64,000 bases of DNA from an uncultured virus (IMG/VR IMGVR_UViG_2857251867_000002) (IMGVR_UViG_2857251867_000002), one strand, 5' to 3'. Counted from the stretch's first letter, positions 9,710-18,894 are shown. The notes: generated by a model not told the origin, from the letters alone. Program-made: numbers and translations.

Positions 9710-10098
9710 AAATCACAGAGCAAATCTTAGCGTTGTACAAAGTGGGTGAAGAAGTTAATCGCGACATTGTTATTCGTGATTTAGACACTAATTTAGCTGG
9801 CGCATCAAGAGCGTTGGCACACCTTTGGACTTTAGGTGCATTAGTCAGAATTAGCGAAGAACGTCCATTACGCTACAGAGTAACTAAAGAGGCAGAAAGA
9901 GTTTATTCAGTAATAACAGAATCACGTAAATCAGATGAGTCAGTCTACATTGAAAAGCTGAATACTCAGAAGGCTAAAAAATGCGCTTTGCCCACAATTA
10001 AATGGGTAAAACACGCCACCTCTAATTTTGCTCTCATGGGTAAATTACCAACCGAGCCGTATGACTCATTAGTGAGAGCTGTAAGAGGTAATCACTAA
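9706..10098 (+). CDS. Hypothetical (winged-helix-like) protein
   Basis: ATGA overlap with upstream gene. Confidence 0.6.
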   Translation: MKITEQILALYKVGEEVNRDIVIRDLDTNLAGASRALAHLWTLGALVRISEERPLRYRVTKEAERVYSVITESRKSDESVYIEKLNTQKAKKCALPTIKWVKHATSNFALMGKLPTEPYDSLVRAVRGNH

Positions 10099-10268
10099 TG
10101 AACAATAAAAGCTGTCCATTCTGTAACTCTAAAAAACTAGAAGTCATGCAAGTGATGATCAATACATTCACTCGCTGTCAGAAATGTGGAGCAAGAGGCC
10201 CTATTGCTAATAATGCGGATGAAGCTATGAAGGCTTGGGATAAAAGGAGTGTAAACGATGCTAACTAA
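10098..10268 (+). CDS. Lar-family restriction-alleviation-like zinc protein (not in ORF track)
   Basis: 56 aa MNNKSCPFCNS...RCQKCGARGP...EAMKAWDKR; two CxxC pairs. Confidence 0.75.
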   Translation: MNNKSCPFCNSKKLEVMQVMINTFTRCQKCGARGPIANNADEAMKAWDKRSVNDAN

Positions 10269-10338
10269 ATACATGTTGTTCGTTGGTTTTTGGTTCGTTG
10301 TGACATTACTGATTGGGTTGCGGGGTACTTATGCCTGA
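10258..10338 (+). CDS. 26 aa hydrophobic peptide
   Basis: MLTKYMLFVGFWFVVTLLIGLRGTYA with AGGAG RBS; overlaps both neighbours. Confidence 0.45.
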   Translation: MLTKYMLFVGFWFVVTLLIGLRGTYA

Positions 10339-10717
10339 ATTAACCCTAACACTACCATTTACACCTAGCGTGAACACCTATTGGCGAAACACAAAGAGAG
10401 GAACCTTAGTCAGTGCCAAAGGGCGGGTCTTTAGATCAAATGCTATTGCATCAGTCTATAAACAATTAAAGCGTAGACCTAAAGCCATTGAGAGTGATGT
10501 GGTTGTTTCAGTGAAATTATATCCACCAACTAAGCAGGCTAGAGATATTGATAATTTCTTAAAGGCACCTTTTGATGCGCTTACTCATGCGGGTGTATGG
10601 GTGGATGATAAACAGATTAAAAAAATGGATGTTGAATGGATGGACGTTATTAAAGGCGGGAAGCTTGAAATAACCATTCGTCAGCATAGTAAAAGCGTGA
10701 TGTACGGTCACGAGTAA
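10331..10717 (+). CDS. rusA: RusA-family Holliday junction resolvase
   Basis: PSVNTYWR, RDIDNFLK and DDKQI motifs. Confidence 0.9.
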   Translation: MPELTLTLPFTPSVNTYWRNTKRGTLVSAKGRVFRSNAIASVYKQLKRRPKAIESDVVVSVKLYPPTKQARDIDNFLKAPFDALTHAGVWVDDKQIKKMDVEWMDVIKGGKLEITIRQHSKSVMYGHE

Positions 10718-10735
10718 AACGTGGAGAGAAATAGC

Positions 10736-11443
10736 ATGATGCAAAGAACAATGGAAGTTTCAGTATTACCCGCAATGAATCGCGAATTAACCATGTCGAG
10801 CAGAGAGATTGCTAGTTTAACTGGCAGTAATCACTCAGATGTTAAGCGTTCTGCAGACAGGCTTTTTATTGCTCAAATTTTAACCCAGCCATTGGCTGAG
10901 TTCCCTTTTGAGCATAATGGCAATCAATATACTGAATACCGTTTTAATAAAAGAGACTCACTAGTGCTGGTGGCTCGATTATCACCTCAGTTCACAGCGA
11001 AAATTGTCGATCGCTGGCAGGAATTAGAGTCAAAAATGCAACCTATCATTCCTCAAACGTTACCAGAGGCATTGCGATTAGCTGCAGACTTAGCAGAAGA
11101 AAAACAAAAGCTGGAAAGTGAATTAGCGATTGCCACACCTAAGGCTCAGTTTGTTGATAATTATGTTTTATCCACGGGTTCTATGACGTTTCGCCAAGTG
11201 TGCAAATTACTGCAGGTGAAAGAAACGGATTTTCGCTGTTTTTTAATAGATAAGAAAATAATGTATCGCTTGAATAATACATTTACGCCTTATCAAACCC
11301 ACGTCGATCTTGGTCGCTTTGAGATAAAAACGGGCACTAATCAAACCAATAACCATGCATTTGCACAATCACGGTTTACCGCTAAAGGCGTGAAGTGGAT
11401 CGCAGGGTTATGGGCTGAATATAAAGTAGGGGATATCATTTAA
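10736..11443 (+). CDS. Rha/KilAC-type antirepressor
   Basis: TMSSREIA Rha-like N-terminus; PQTLPEALRLAADL...FTAKGVKWI C-terminus. Confidence 0.85.
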   Translation: MMQRTMEVSVLPAMNRELTMSSREIASLTGSNHSDVKRSADRLFIAQILTQPLAEFPFEHNGNQYTEYRFNKRDSLVLVARLSPQFTAKIVDRWQELESKMQPIIPQTLPEALRLAADLAEEKQKLESELAIATPKAQFVDNYVLSTGSMTFRQVCKLLQVKETDFRCFLIDKKIMYRLNNTFTPYQTHVDLGRFEIKTGTNQTNNHAFAQSRFTAKGVKWIAGLWAEYKVGDII

Positions 11444-12468
11444 TGAAATTACTGTTAACTCCCTACATTCAGCCAGAACTTGGTGTTGTACTGCTTAAGC
11501 CGGGTGCTGAATTACTCGAGCAATTTAAAAAGCACCGCCGTGTGATTATTAGTGATGTGCCAAAAAGTTTAGACGTGTTGCCCTCAGGTGCATTAACGGG
11601 TGATGAACAGCCGATTTTAAACAATAAGCACATCATTCAATTTCTCAATAGCAAAAAAGTGATCCACACCATTGATAAAGTGGCACCGATGGATTCGTGG
11701 GTTATTAGTAATATCAAATACTGTCAGATTGATAACGATGAAGATAATTATCATCACCACGAGTTAGTAACGACCTTTAATGAAGCGGGAGTTATTCGCA
11801 CTTGCTGGCATCACGATAATCATATTCGTCATTCATCAGCCGGTTGGGTTGCTGAATTAGCTCATAAAAATCGTATCAATTGGATGTTAGATACTATTCG
11901 TAGTCGCTTGAGATTAGATGATGGCCACCAGCTAACAATACCTGATTTTTTCTCATTTGCAGTAATGCATAGCTTGGTTGATGAATTACCCGAAGCGATA
12001 TTACGCCAGATTTTAAATTGGTCAGATAAACAAGAGGAACGCAAAGTTCATGGTGGTTTTCCTGAAGCTGACATTATTCCAAGTAATGTGACAGCGCTAT
12101 CAGCAATGAATGAACGTTTAGATGCGATAAAGCCAGTTATTAAAGTTGATATCGAACCAGAGCCACCAGCGTCATTTCTGCTGAAGCCTAAAATGCAACG
12201 TTGGGAAAATATCAAATGGTTGCAATGGGTAAAAACTCAACCGTGTTGCGTGTGTGGGCAACAGGCTGATGATCCGCACCACATCATAGGTCATGGCATG
12301 GGTGGTATGGGTACTAAGGCTCACGACTTATTCACTATTCCATTATGCCGCATTCACCATGACGAGTTACATCGTGACCCCAAACTATGGGAAGCCACTC
12401 ATGGCAATCAACTCGAATTGTTATTTAATTTTTTAAACCGTTCATTAGGCATCGGTGCATTTATTTAA
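11443..12468 (+). CDS. DUF968-family protein
   Basis: C-terminal CCVCG..ADDPHH..TIPLCR.HH; paralogue at 46768. Confidence 0.85.
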   Translation: MKLLLTPYIQPELGVVLLKPGAELLEQFKKHRRVIISDVPKSLDVLPSGALTGDEQPILNNKHIIQFLNSKKVIHTIDKVAPMDSWVISNIKYCQIDNDEDNYHHHELVTTFNEAGVIRTCWHHDNHIRHSSAGWVAELAHKNRINWMLDTIRSRLRLDDGHQLTIPDFFSFAVMHSLVDELPEAILRQILNWSDKQEERKVHGGFPEADIIPSNVTALSAMNERLDAIKPVIKVDIEPEPPASFLLKPKMQRWENIKWLQWVKTQPCCVCGQQADDPHHIIGHGMGGMGTKAHDLFTIPLCRIHHDELHRDPKLWEATHGNQLELLFNFLNRSLGIGAFI

Positions 12469-12495
12469 CGTGTGTACGGCACGAGTGGAGGAAAT

Positions 12496-13167
12496 ATGCC
12501 AATTTACGCGCATGACTTGGAATATTTAAGTGATATGGCATCGATAGCTACATCAAACTTAAGAGCTTCAACAAAAGGTCAGTTAGAAGCATTTGAAGAT
12601 TTTGGGTTAACAGACACGAGAACAACACCGAGAGTTAGAATGCGAGATTTAAAATTAAACGGCCGTTTTGTTTGTCGTGATACTGATCCAATCTATGTAT
12701 TAGAAACTCGCTGTCGTCGAACTCCAAAGCCGATGATAGAGCCTGTGGATTTTTTATTATGCTCATGGCGTAGGGCTATTAATGCATTAAGTGAAGAACA
12801 ACACTCATGGATAATGTATTGTTATGGATATAGTTTGAAATTTGAGCATCAAGTGAATATCAGTGTTCATGTATGGTCTGAATTTGAAAAACAGCATAAC
12901 GGTAAAAAGATAACTAAAAAGGTTAAAGAACGACTAAGATCATTAGTCTGGTTATCGGTTCAGACTTGCACTGGGCGTAATTATTCACAAACAGATCTGG
13001 CTCGCTTGGTGGGTGTTAAGCGTAATAATTGGAAAATGAATTATGATATATATTGGAATAGCCTTTTAGATATTTGTTGTGAGTTAGATAAGTCGGCATT
13101 ACTTTCTATGAAGCGAGTTAGAATCGAGTTGGTTAATAAAAATAATCACGACAACTTGCAAAAATGA
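12496..13167 (+). CDS. Q: Late antiterminator Q
   Basis: Position before PR' and lysis; SWRRAI..L motif and C-terminal HTH. Confidence 0.75.
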   Translation: MPIYAHDLEYLSDMASIATSNLRASTKGQLEAFEDFGLTDTRTTPRVRMRDLKLNGRFVCRDTDPIYVLETRCRRTPKPMIEPVDFLLCSWRRAINALSEEQHSWIMYCYGYSLKFEHQVNISVHVWSEFEKQHNGKKITKKVKERLRSLVWLSVQTCTGRNYSQTDLARLVGVKRNNWKMNYDIYWNSLLDICCELDKSALLSMKRVRIELVNKNNHDNLQK

Positions 13168-13184
13168 ACAAAATAGGTCATATT
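13156..13184 (+). promoter_or_regulatory. Putative late promoter PR'
   Basis: TTGCAA-N17-CATATT at Q 3' end, followed by a terminator. Confidence 0.6.
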
Positions 13185-13219
13185 TAAGTCTAATTTGGTA
13201 TATTGCCAAAATTGTTTAT

Positions 13220-13244
13220 AACCTCGCTTCGGCGGGGTTTTTTA
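13220..13244 (+). terminator. tR'-like terminator
   Basis: ACCTCGC-TTCG-GCGGGG followed by T-run. Confidence 0.85.
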
Positions 13245-13268
13245 TTATCTAAAATAAGGAACGAAATT

Positions 13269-13505
13269 ATGTACGCACTTAAATTAATTACTGAACGTGA
13301 AGGACGTAAAGTGGAAGAAGTCCACTGCTTAGGGGATATGTACCGCTTAGAGTTTTATCCTGAATCAGAAAATAAAGATATCGTGGCGCGGGTTGAACAC
13401 ACAAAGAAAGACGCAATCCCATCATTTGATATTAATAGAACAGATCGCGCTTACATTACGACAGTAACAGGTGATACTGTTCGGGTTATTTCTAGAGGTA
13501 AATAA
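13269..13505 (+). CDS. Hypothetical phage protein
   Basis: ORF with AAGGA RBS. Confidence 0.6.
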   Translation: MYALKLITEREGRKVEEVHCLGDMYRLEFYPESENKDIVARVEHTKKDAIPSFDINRTDRAYITTVTGDTVRVISRGK

Positions 13506-13555
13506 GTTTATCAACAAATCGCTCAGCATGGTTTTTTCGTATAAGAGAGGTAGTC

Positions 13556-13825
13556 ATGAAGATATTCACGGCTAACATTCATCCCAATGGTTTTTTTATC
13601 AATGCGGATTGGAAAGGTGATGAATTTTGGATTTATTTAAGTAGAGCGCTGGGGTGGGGTAAATTCACTTTAATTAGGCGCTCTACTACATATAGTATTA
13701 CTGGAGGAATTTTTGAATTATCTGAATTGCAACAGGAAGATTCATTACCCCCTTCACCAATAATTCATTCATCAAATGTGTTATGGCGTTTGCAGGAAGC
13801 TCACGAAGTTTTGATTTCAAGTTAG
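13556..13825 (+). CDS. Hypothetical protein
   Basis: ORF with GAGG RBS; 3' end overlaps convergent ORF. Confidence 0.5.
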   Translation: MKIFTANIHPNGFFINADWKGDEFWIYLSRALGWGKFTLIRRSTTYSITGGIFELSELQQEDSLPPSPIIHSSNVLWRLQEAHEVLISS

Positions 13826-14210
13826 CTTTTATGTCTGGTGATTCATTAGATGTTAAAATAATATCTTCTAACGCTTTAATTGAATCACTATGTATACGAA
13901 TCGTTTGTACTTTTAGTATTGCACTCAATCCACCATCATCTAATAAAAAATCAATTCCTTTTTCAGTAATGAAGCAGGTATAACTATTAAAAATATATTC
14001 AAGCCCATCAAATGTTGAGCTTTGAATAAATGGTTTTTCAATTAATCCATGCATCTCAAGATATAACATATTTGCTATGAGATGATCTTGGTTATTAAAT
14101 TTTTCACTAAGTTTTGTGTATTCATCATCTTCTAACGGATTTGGGAAGGAATCATATAAGGCAGTTAGAATATCTAATTGCAAAGCGCGATCATATTTAT
14201 TTATATCCAT
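13698..14210 (-). CDS. Hypothetical moron protein (winged-helix-like)
   Basis: ANMLYLEMHGLI...ITEKGIDFLLDDGGLSAIL; AT-rich, antisense to late operon. Confidence 0.7.
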   Translation of the reverse strand: MDINKYDRALQLDILTALYDSFPNPLEDDEYTKLSEKFNNQDHLIANMLYLEMHGLIEKPFIQSSTFDGLEYIFNSYTCFITEKGIDFLLDDGGLSAILKVQTIRIHSDSIKALEDIILTSNESPDIKANLKSKLRELPANAITHLMNELLVKGVMNLPVAIQIIQKFLQ

Positions 14211-14350
14211 ACAACACCCTACACCGAAGTAAGTCAGCCATTCCTTCGGCAAGTTTCTCTGGGCTGACCTATCAGTTTAACTTAAGTTTCATATTTTCAC
14301 GTTTAACTCACTCACATTAATCATCAACGGACACTCCGTAGGGGGTGTAT

Positions 14351-14620
14351 ATGCGCATGGAAAAATTGACCAATGCTACCTACGGAACAGCTGGCTTAAC
14401 TGCCTTTTTTGCAAGTCTTTCACTTTATGAATGGGGATTTGTAATAGGGATGGTATTCAGCATGCTCCTTGGATTAGCAACTTATTTTATGACACAGCGA
14501 GAACAGCGAAAACGAACAGCGTTATTTGCTGAATTAGTTCACCGTAATTGTTCTAGTGATCCGCAAGACATAGAAAAGATAGTTGGCGAGATGCTGACTA
14601 AAGCTAAAAAGGACATTTAA
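14351..14620 (+). CDS. Holin (two TM helices, Met-Arg-Met dual start)
   Basis: Hydrophobic segments; directly precedes endolysin. Confidence 0.85.
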   Translation: MRMEKLTNATYGTAGLTAFFASLSLYEWGFVIGMVFSMLLGLATYFMTQREQRKRTALFAELVHRNCSSDPQDIEKIVGEMLTKAKKDI

Positions 14621-15090
14621 TGAACCTAAAACAGAAAGTGACAGCAGTCGCGAGTGCTGGTGCGGTAAGCATTGCGCTAACAGTGATTGGTTATTTTGAG
14701 GGAGTGCGTTATGAGCCATACCATGATGTTGCTGGAATTCTGACGGTTTGTTATGGCCACACTGGAAATGACATCATTCAAGGTAAGACATATACACAGC
14801 AAGAGTGTGACGAATTACTGCAGAAAGACTTTATTAGAACGCAGCAGCAAGTTGATACCCTGATTAAAGTACCGCTGGATGATAAAACAAAAGCTTCTCT
14901 ATATTCCTTTGCTTTTAATGTCGGTACCACAGCATTTGTACGTTCTACGTTGCTAAAGAAATTAAATGCAGGTGATCAGTATGGCGCCTGTGAAGAAATG
15001 AAGCGTTGGGTTTATGCGGGTGGAAAGATATGGCGAGGGCTAGTCAGTCGTAGAGAGGCGGAGTCAGCATTATGTCGCGGAAGCCTTTAA
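14620..15090 (+). CDS. SAR endolysin (lysozyme)
   Basis: N-terminal Ala/Gly-rich anchor; E-X8-D-X5-T triad (FEGVRYEPYHDVAGILT). Confidence 0.92.
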   Translation: MNLKQKVTAVASAGAVSIALTVIGYFEGVRYEPYHDVAGILTVCYGHTGNDIIQGKTYTQQECDELLQKDFIRTQQQVDTLIKVPLDDKTKASLYSFAFNVGTTAFVRSTLLKKLNAGDQYGACEEMKRWVYAGGKIWRGLVSRREAESALCRGSL

Positions 15091-15230
15091 TCATCATCGT
15101 CGGTTTTATCCTTACTCTACTCATCACAGTCGCTGGTGGCATTTATATCTCAATTGATAATTCATGTGTTGATGATAAAGCCAGTTTAGAAAAGCGCTGT
15201 CAGATAGCCCTTTCACATCACAGGTATTAA
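15072..15230 (+). CDS. 52 aa single-pass membrane protein (not in ORF track)
   Basis: MSRKPLIIIVGFILTLLITVAGG...RCQIALSHHRY; near-identical ORF at 54480. Confidence 0.65.
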   Translation: MSRKPLIIIVGFILTLLITVAGGIYISIDNSCVDDKASLEKRCQIALSHHRY

Positions 15231-15232
15231 TC

Positions 15233-15763
15233 ATGAAGCAGTGGAAAATTTACATTGTCATTGTGATGGTAGGAGTTGTTACTGGTGGTTATATTGCCAA
15301 CATCATACAAGATATCATTACTCAAAGAGATAATTTAATAGTAGAGAATAAGCAATTAACAAAAGAAAATAATAGTTACTCAAAGCTGTTAAGTGATCAG
15401 ATATTTCAATTTAATAGATTTAATCAAATAGCGACTACAGCCTACCGCTATGGCATTCAGGCAGATGTAAAATCACAGGAGAAAATCATTGAATATAGAA
15501 CGATCCTTAAAAAAGAGCCGACTTGTGATTTGCTTGTTCCTCAACATATTACTGATGGGTTGCTCAAGCACACCTATGAGTTACGGTCAATGTATAGAGA
15601 TACCCAAGACATTGACTCAACCAGTGTTAGTGCCTCTACCGTCCGAACTTTAACATATTGCCAAGTGGTGTTATGGATACCTTCCTTGTTATCGACAATA
15701 GAAAAAGCTAATGAGCAATTAAAAGCAATACGGGAAATTGAAGCGAAGAAAGTAAAAAAATAG
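15233..15763 (+). CDS. i-spanin (Rz-like), C-terminus probably frameshift-fused
   Basis: N-terminal TM plus coiled coil after endolysin. Confidence 0.7.
   Translation: MKQWKIYIVIVMVGVVTGGYIANIIQDIITQRDNLIVENKQLTKENNSYSKLLSDQIFQFNRFNQIATTAYRYGIQADVKSQEKIIEYRTILKKEPTCDLLVPQHITDGLLKHTYELRSMYRDTQDIDSTSVSASTVRTLTYCQVVLWIPSLLSTIEKANEQLKAIREIEAKKVKK
15489..15653 (+). CDS. Embedded o-spanin (Rz1-like) lipoprotein, probably truncated
   Basis: +1 frame within Rz, AGGAG RBS, TTG start, lipobox LMGC, Pro-rich segment then early TAA. Confidence 0.65.
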   Translation: MNIERSLKKSRLVICLFLNILLMGCSSTPMSYGQCIEIPKTLTQPVLVPLPSEL

Positions 15764-16009
15764 ACCCGCGGGTTTAATGGGGGTCTGAATGTTTTAGATA
15801 ACATGGATCTTATTATTTTGCCCAAGTGAACAGGTCGCTCTTCACTGGAACATCAACCGTACTCTGTTGCTTAAATAATAGCCATTTTATATTTGTAAAG
15901 GTTCATAGCCACTAGTTAATAGCTGGTGTTTTTTGTATCTGCAGAAAGGATGGTTGATTTCATCAGGCTGACGGGGAAGCCGTAAGTAATTAAGGTAACG
16001 TAGTGATAC

Positions 16010-16140
16010 ATGATGATGCAACCGCAGTCAGACCTACTAACACCACAATCAGAAATTATTGGTTATTCTCAGAGCGAATTGCAGAGTTAGAGTCAGTGAT
16101 ATTAGAGTTACAAGATTACATTAGAATGGAGTGTTTGTGA
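16010..16140 (+). pseudogene. Remnant of a second Rz/Rz1 3' end
   Basis: Clear nucleotide similarity to 54970-55100. Confidence 0.7.
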
Positions 16141-16186
16141 TAATCCCCCTCAACAAGAGAAGGGGAATTAAACAAAATTGTAAAAA

Positions 16187-16462
16187 CTATTTTTTATTTA
16201 ATAGATAACCAATAACAAAACCGACACCTGCAGAAATGGCTACCGAAGTTAGTGGATTCTTTTTAATTCCGAGTTGTGTGTTTTTGACACATTCTTGTGC
16301 GGAATCGAGTAATTGCGATGTTACTTGTTTTCCAGCACCACAAATTTCTTTTGCCTCACCTTTTATTATGTGCTCAGGAGAATCGATTACTTCTCCATAT
16401 TTAATTTGTGCTTTACCTAGGGTTTCTGTGGCTTTACCTTCAGCTTTCTCAAAAAGTCCCAT
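16187..16462 (-). CDS. CsbD/ElaB(YqjD)-like stress protein
   Basis: CsbD-like N-terminus; KKNPLTSVAISAGVGFVIGYLL tail anchor. Confidence 0.75.
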   Translation of the reverse strand: MGLFEKAEGKATETLGKAQIKYGEVIDSPEHIIKGEAKEICGAGKQVTSQLLDSAQECVKNTQLGIKKNPLTSVAISAGVGFVIGYLLNKK

Positions 16463-17073
16463 AATGTTACTCCTATAGTTAATTTGTTTTGTGCAAAAAA
16501 ATATAATTATAAGTGGGTAGATAGTTTTAATATTAAATAATCGCCACTATAAGAAAGGTATATGTAAGGTTGGTAATTTCACCCGAATAGGAGTGAGCAG
16601 ATCAAAATAGGGAAACTAACTATAAACTGTTAAAAATATAATTATTCATGACTTTTATTGTCACTGAGTAATCGGGTTATTTTTATAATTTAAAAAATAG
16701 CTCATCAGAGATGAGCAACTATTACATTAAAAAATTATCAATTTTTATAGTTCAAGTGAAACACAATGAGTTAAATGACAGTACGCTATTGTTTAAATAA
16801 TAGCCACTTTATATTTGTAAAGTTTCATAGCCATCAGTTAATAGCTGGTGGATTTTTTAATGATAGGTAGTTGTGAATATTCAATAAAGAATAGAAATTC
16901 GTGCACTATAAGCATAAGTAGAACGACAAGGACAATAAATTACAGACTTACAAAAACAGCTCGATGATATGGAATCAACGAACTGTGAATCAAACGTTAT
17001 TAAAAAAGCGCTTTCACAAGCAATGGATAATATCATCAACCAACAACAGGCAACAAATGGAGAACCAAAGCGG

Positions 17074-17295
17074 TTACTTTCCGTATGAGTCTATTCTTGC
17101 AAGTAGTTCAGCTTCAGCTTGTTCATGTATTTCTTTGATAGTTTTATTTTTCACGTCATCAACGTAAAGATGTATGGTGAACTCCTCTGCACCATTATCC
17201 TTGTTAATTCCGTAGAGAGATACCCTTACATTAGATGTATTGGGATCTGATATTAATTCAGAAAATACTTTGACACTGTTAAATTCTAGTTTCAT
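17074..17295 (-). CDS. Hypothetical protein
   Basis: ORF with GAGG RBS. Confidence 0.5.
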   Translation of the reverse strand: MKLEFNSVKVFSELISDPNTSNVRVSLYGINKDNGAEEFTIHLYVDDVKNKTIKEIHEQAEAELLARIDSYGK

Positions 17296-17437
17296 GCAAA
17301 CCTCATACCGAAGTAAATCAGCCATTTCTTTAGTAAGTTTCTCAGGACTGAATACTTCAAATAATCTAATGGATATTTATTTATACCCTGATATTTGATC
17401 AGGGGGCATTGTACCGCTTTTTTTGTTGGAGAGCACT

Positions 17438-17848
17438 GTGTCAGATAAATTAAAAGTAACGGTAGATACAGCAAATCTAGATAAGTTAGAAGAGCAACTA
17501 ATCCGCATTAAGCAACTAATGCAAGATGTAGGAATCAAGGTCAGCGTTAAGCCTGAGCAAAGCAATGATTTCTTTATTGCAGGTTCAGGTAATTATTTTA
17601 TGAAAGATGCTGTTATTGATTTGGGAAAGCTAAAGTGCTGTGCATCAAGTGAGGCTGTATTCAGCGGTGTAATTACTGGCGGTAAGTTAGAACCAGACAT
17701 CAAGGCTTAAATGGCAGATTTACACATGCAAGCTAATCGACAAGATGTTGCTATCAATGAGTTAAAAAGAGTAATAGAAACTCGGCATCAAGCATTTTCG
17801 CAAGCCATAAGTGATTTAAATAACAGAACGTGGTGTAGTCAGAAGTAA
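17438..17848 (+). pseudogene. Hypothetical gene split by in-frame TAA at 17708
   Basis: GGAG RBS and GTG start; same frame stays open for 45 codons after the stop. Confidence 0.45.
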
Positions 17849-17913
17849 AGGTGAGAAATCCCACCTTTAAAATCAATGAGGATTATTCTCCTCTTTAGGT
17901 TATAGGAGATCAC

Positions 17914-18261
17914 ATGCCACCTCGTATACCTCGCGCGTGTCGTAAACAGGGATGCGCCAAGACAACAACAGAACGTAACGGTTACTGTGAAGATCATCAG
18001 AACTTAGGATGGGAAACCCACCAGCGTGGTAAGTCTCGTCATCAACGTGGTTATGGTACCCAATGGGATAAGTTACGAGCACGCATACTCAAACGTGATA
18101 AGTATCTGTGTCAAGAATGCTTAAGGTCAGGACGAGCCACCGAAGCGAAAACAGTTGACCACATCATTGCTAAAGCACATGGGGGTACCGATGCGGAAGA
18201 TAACCTACAAAGCCTGTGCTGGCCCTGTCATAGAACTAAGACCGCAAAGGAAGGGAAATAA
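17914..18261 (+). CDS. HNH endonuclease (terminase-associated)
   Basis: CQEC...VDHII...NLQSLCWPCH immediately before terS. Confidence 0.9.
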   Translation: MPPRIPRACRKQGCAKTTTERNGYCEDHQNLGWETHQRGKSRHQRGYGTQWDKLRARILKRDKYLCQECLRSGRATEAKTVDHIIAKAHGGTDAEDNLQSLCWPCHRTKTAKEGK

Positions 18262-18289
18262 TTCCGTAGCTTAAAGCAACCCTATTATT

Positions 18290-18400
18290 CATAGGGGAGG
18301 GGCGGGTAAAATCCCTACCACTCTCGCCACCTAGGACCGCCCCCTTACCTCTTTTCACATCACCGCAGGTTAGAAAACTTTTTTTGGGGAACCCCAAGCG
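18290..18400. other. Probable cos region
   Basis: GC-rich non-coding stretch between HNH and terS; similar stretch at 56615-56710. Confidence 0.5.
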
Positions 18401-18423
18401 ATTATTGATAGGAGATTTCTATT

Positions 18424-18894
18424 ATGGCTGGACCGCCTAAAACCCCGTCACATCTGCAATTGGTGAGGGGGAACCCATCAAAACGACCGATTAATAAAAA
18501 AGAGCCAAAACCGCCAAAAGGGGTACCCCCAACTCCGAAGCATTTCACTAAGCAAGGTAAGTATTGGTTTAAGCGTATTGCTGAAGAACTTGATGCAATG
18601 GGTGTCATGAGTCAGATGGATGCTAAGGCATTGGAGTTACTCGTCGAAGCTTACACTGAATATCGACATCATTGTGATGTTCTCGATAAAGAAGGCTATA
18701 CCTACAAAAACAATACAGAAAGTGGATTGATGATAAAGGCGCATCCATCTGCTGCAATGAAGGCCGATGCATGGAAACGTATTCGCGCCATGTTAAGTGA
18801 ATTTGGTATGACTCCCGCTTCTCGAACAAAAGTCACCATGAAGACTCCAGCAGAAGAGGATCCATTTACAGCATTTTTAAAAGCGAGAGATTAA
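18424..18894 (+). CDS. terS: Terminase small subunit (P27 family)
   Basis: GNPSKR...EFGMTPASR. Confidence 0.9.
   Translation: MAGPPKTPSHLQLVRGNPSKRPINKKEPKPPKGVPPTPKHFTKQGKYWFKRIAEELDAMGVMSQMDAKALELLVEAYTEYRHHCDVLDKEGYTYKNNTESGLMIKAHPSAAMKADAWKRIRAMLSEFGMTPASRTKVTMKTPAEEDPFTAFLKARD

Noticed and set aside
15850..15870. OmrA/B-like 5' end (CAGAG...TTGAT)
   Set aside because: Match is too short and gapped to support the name.
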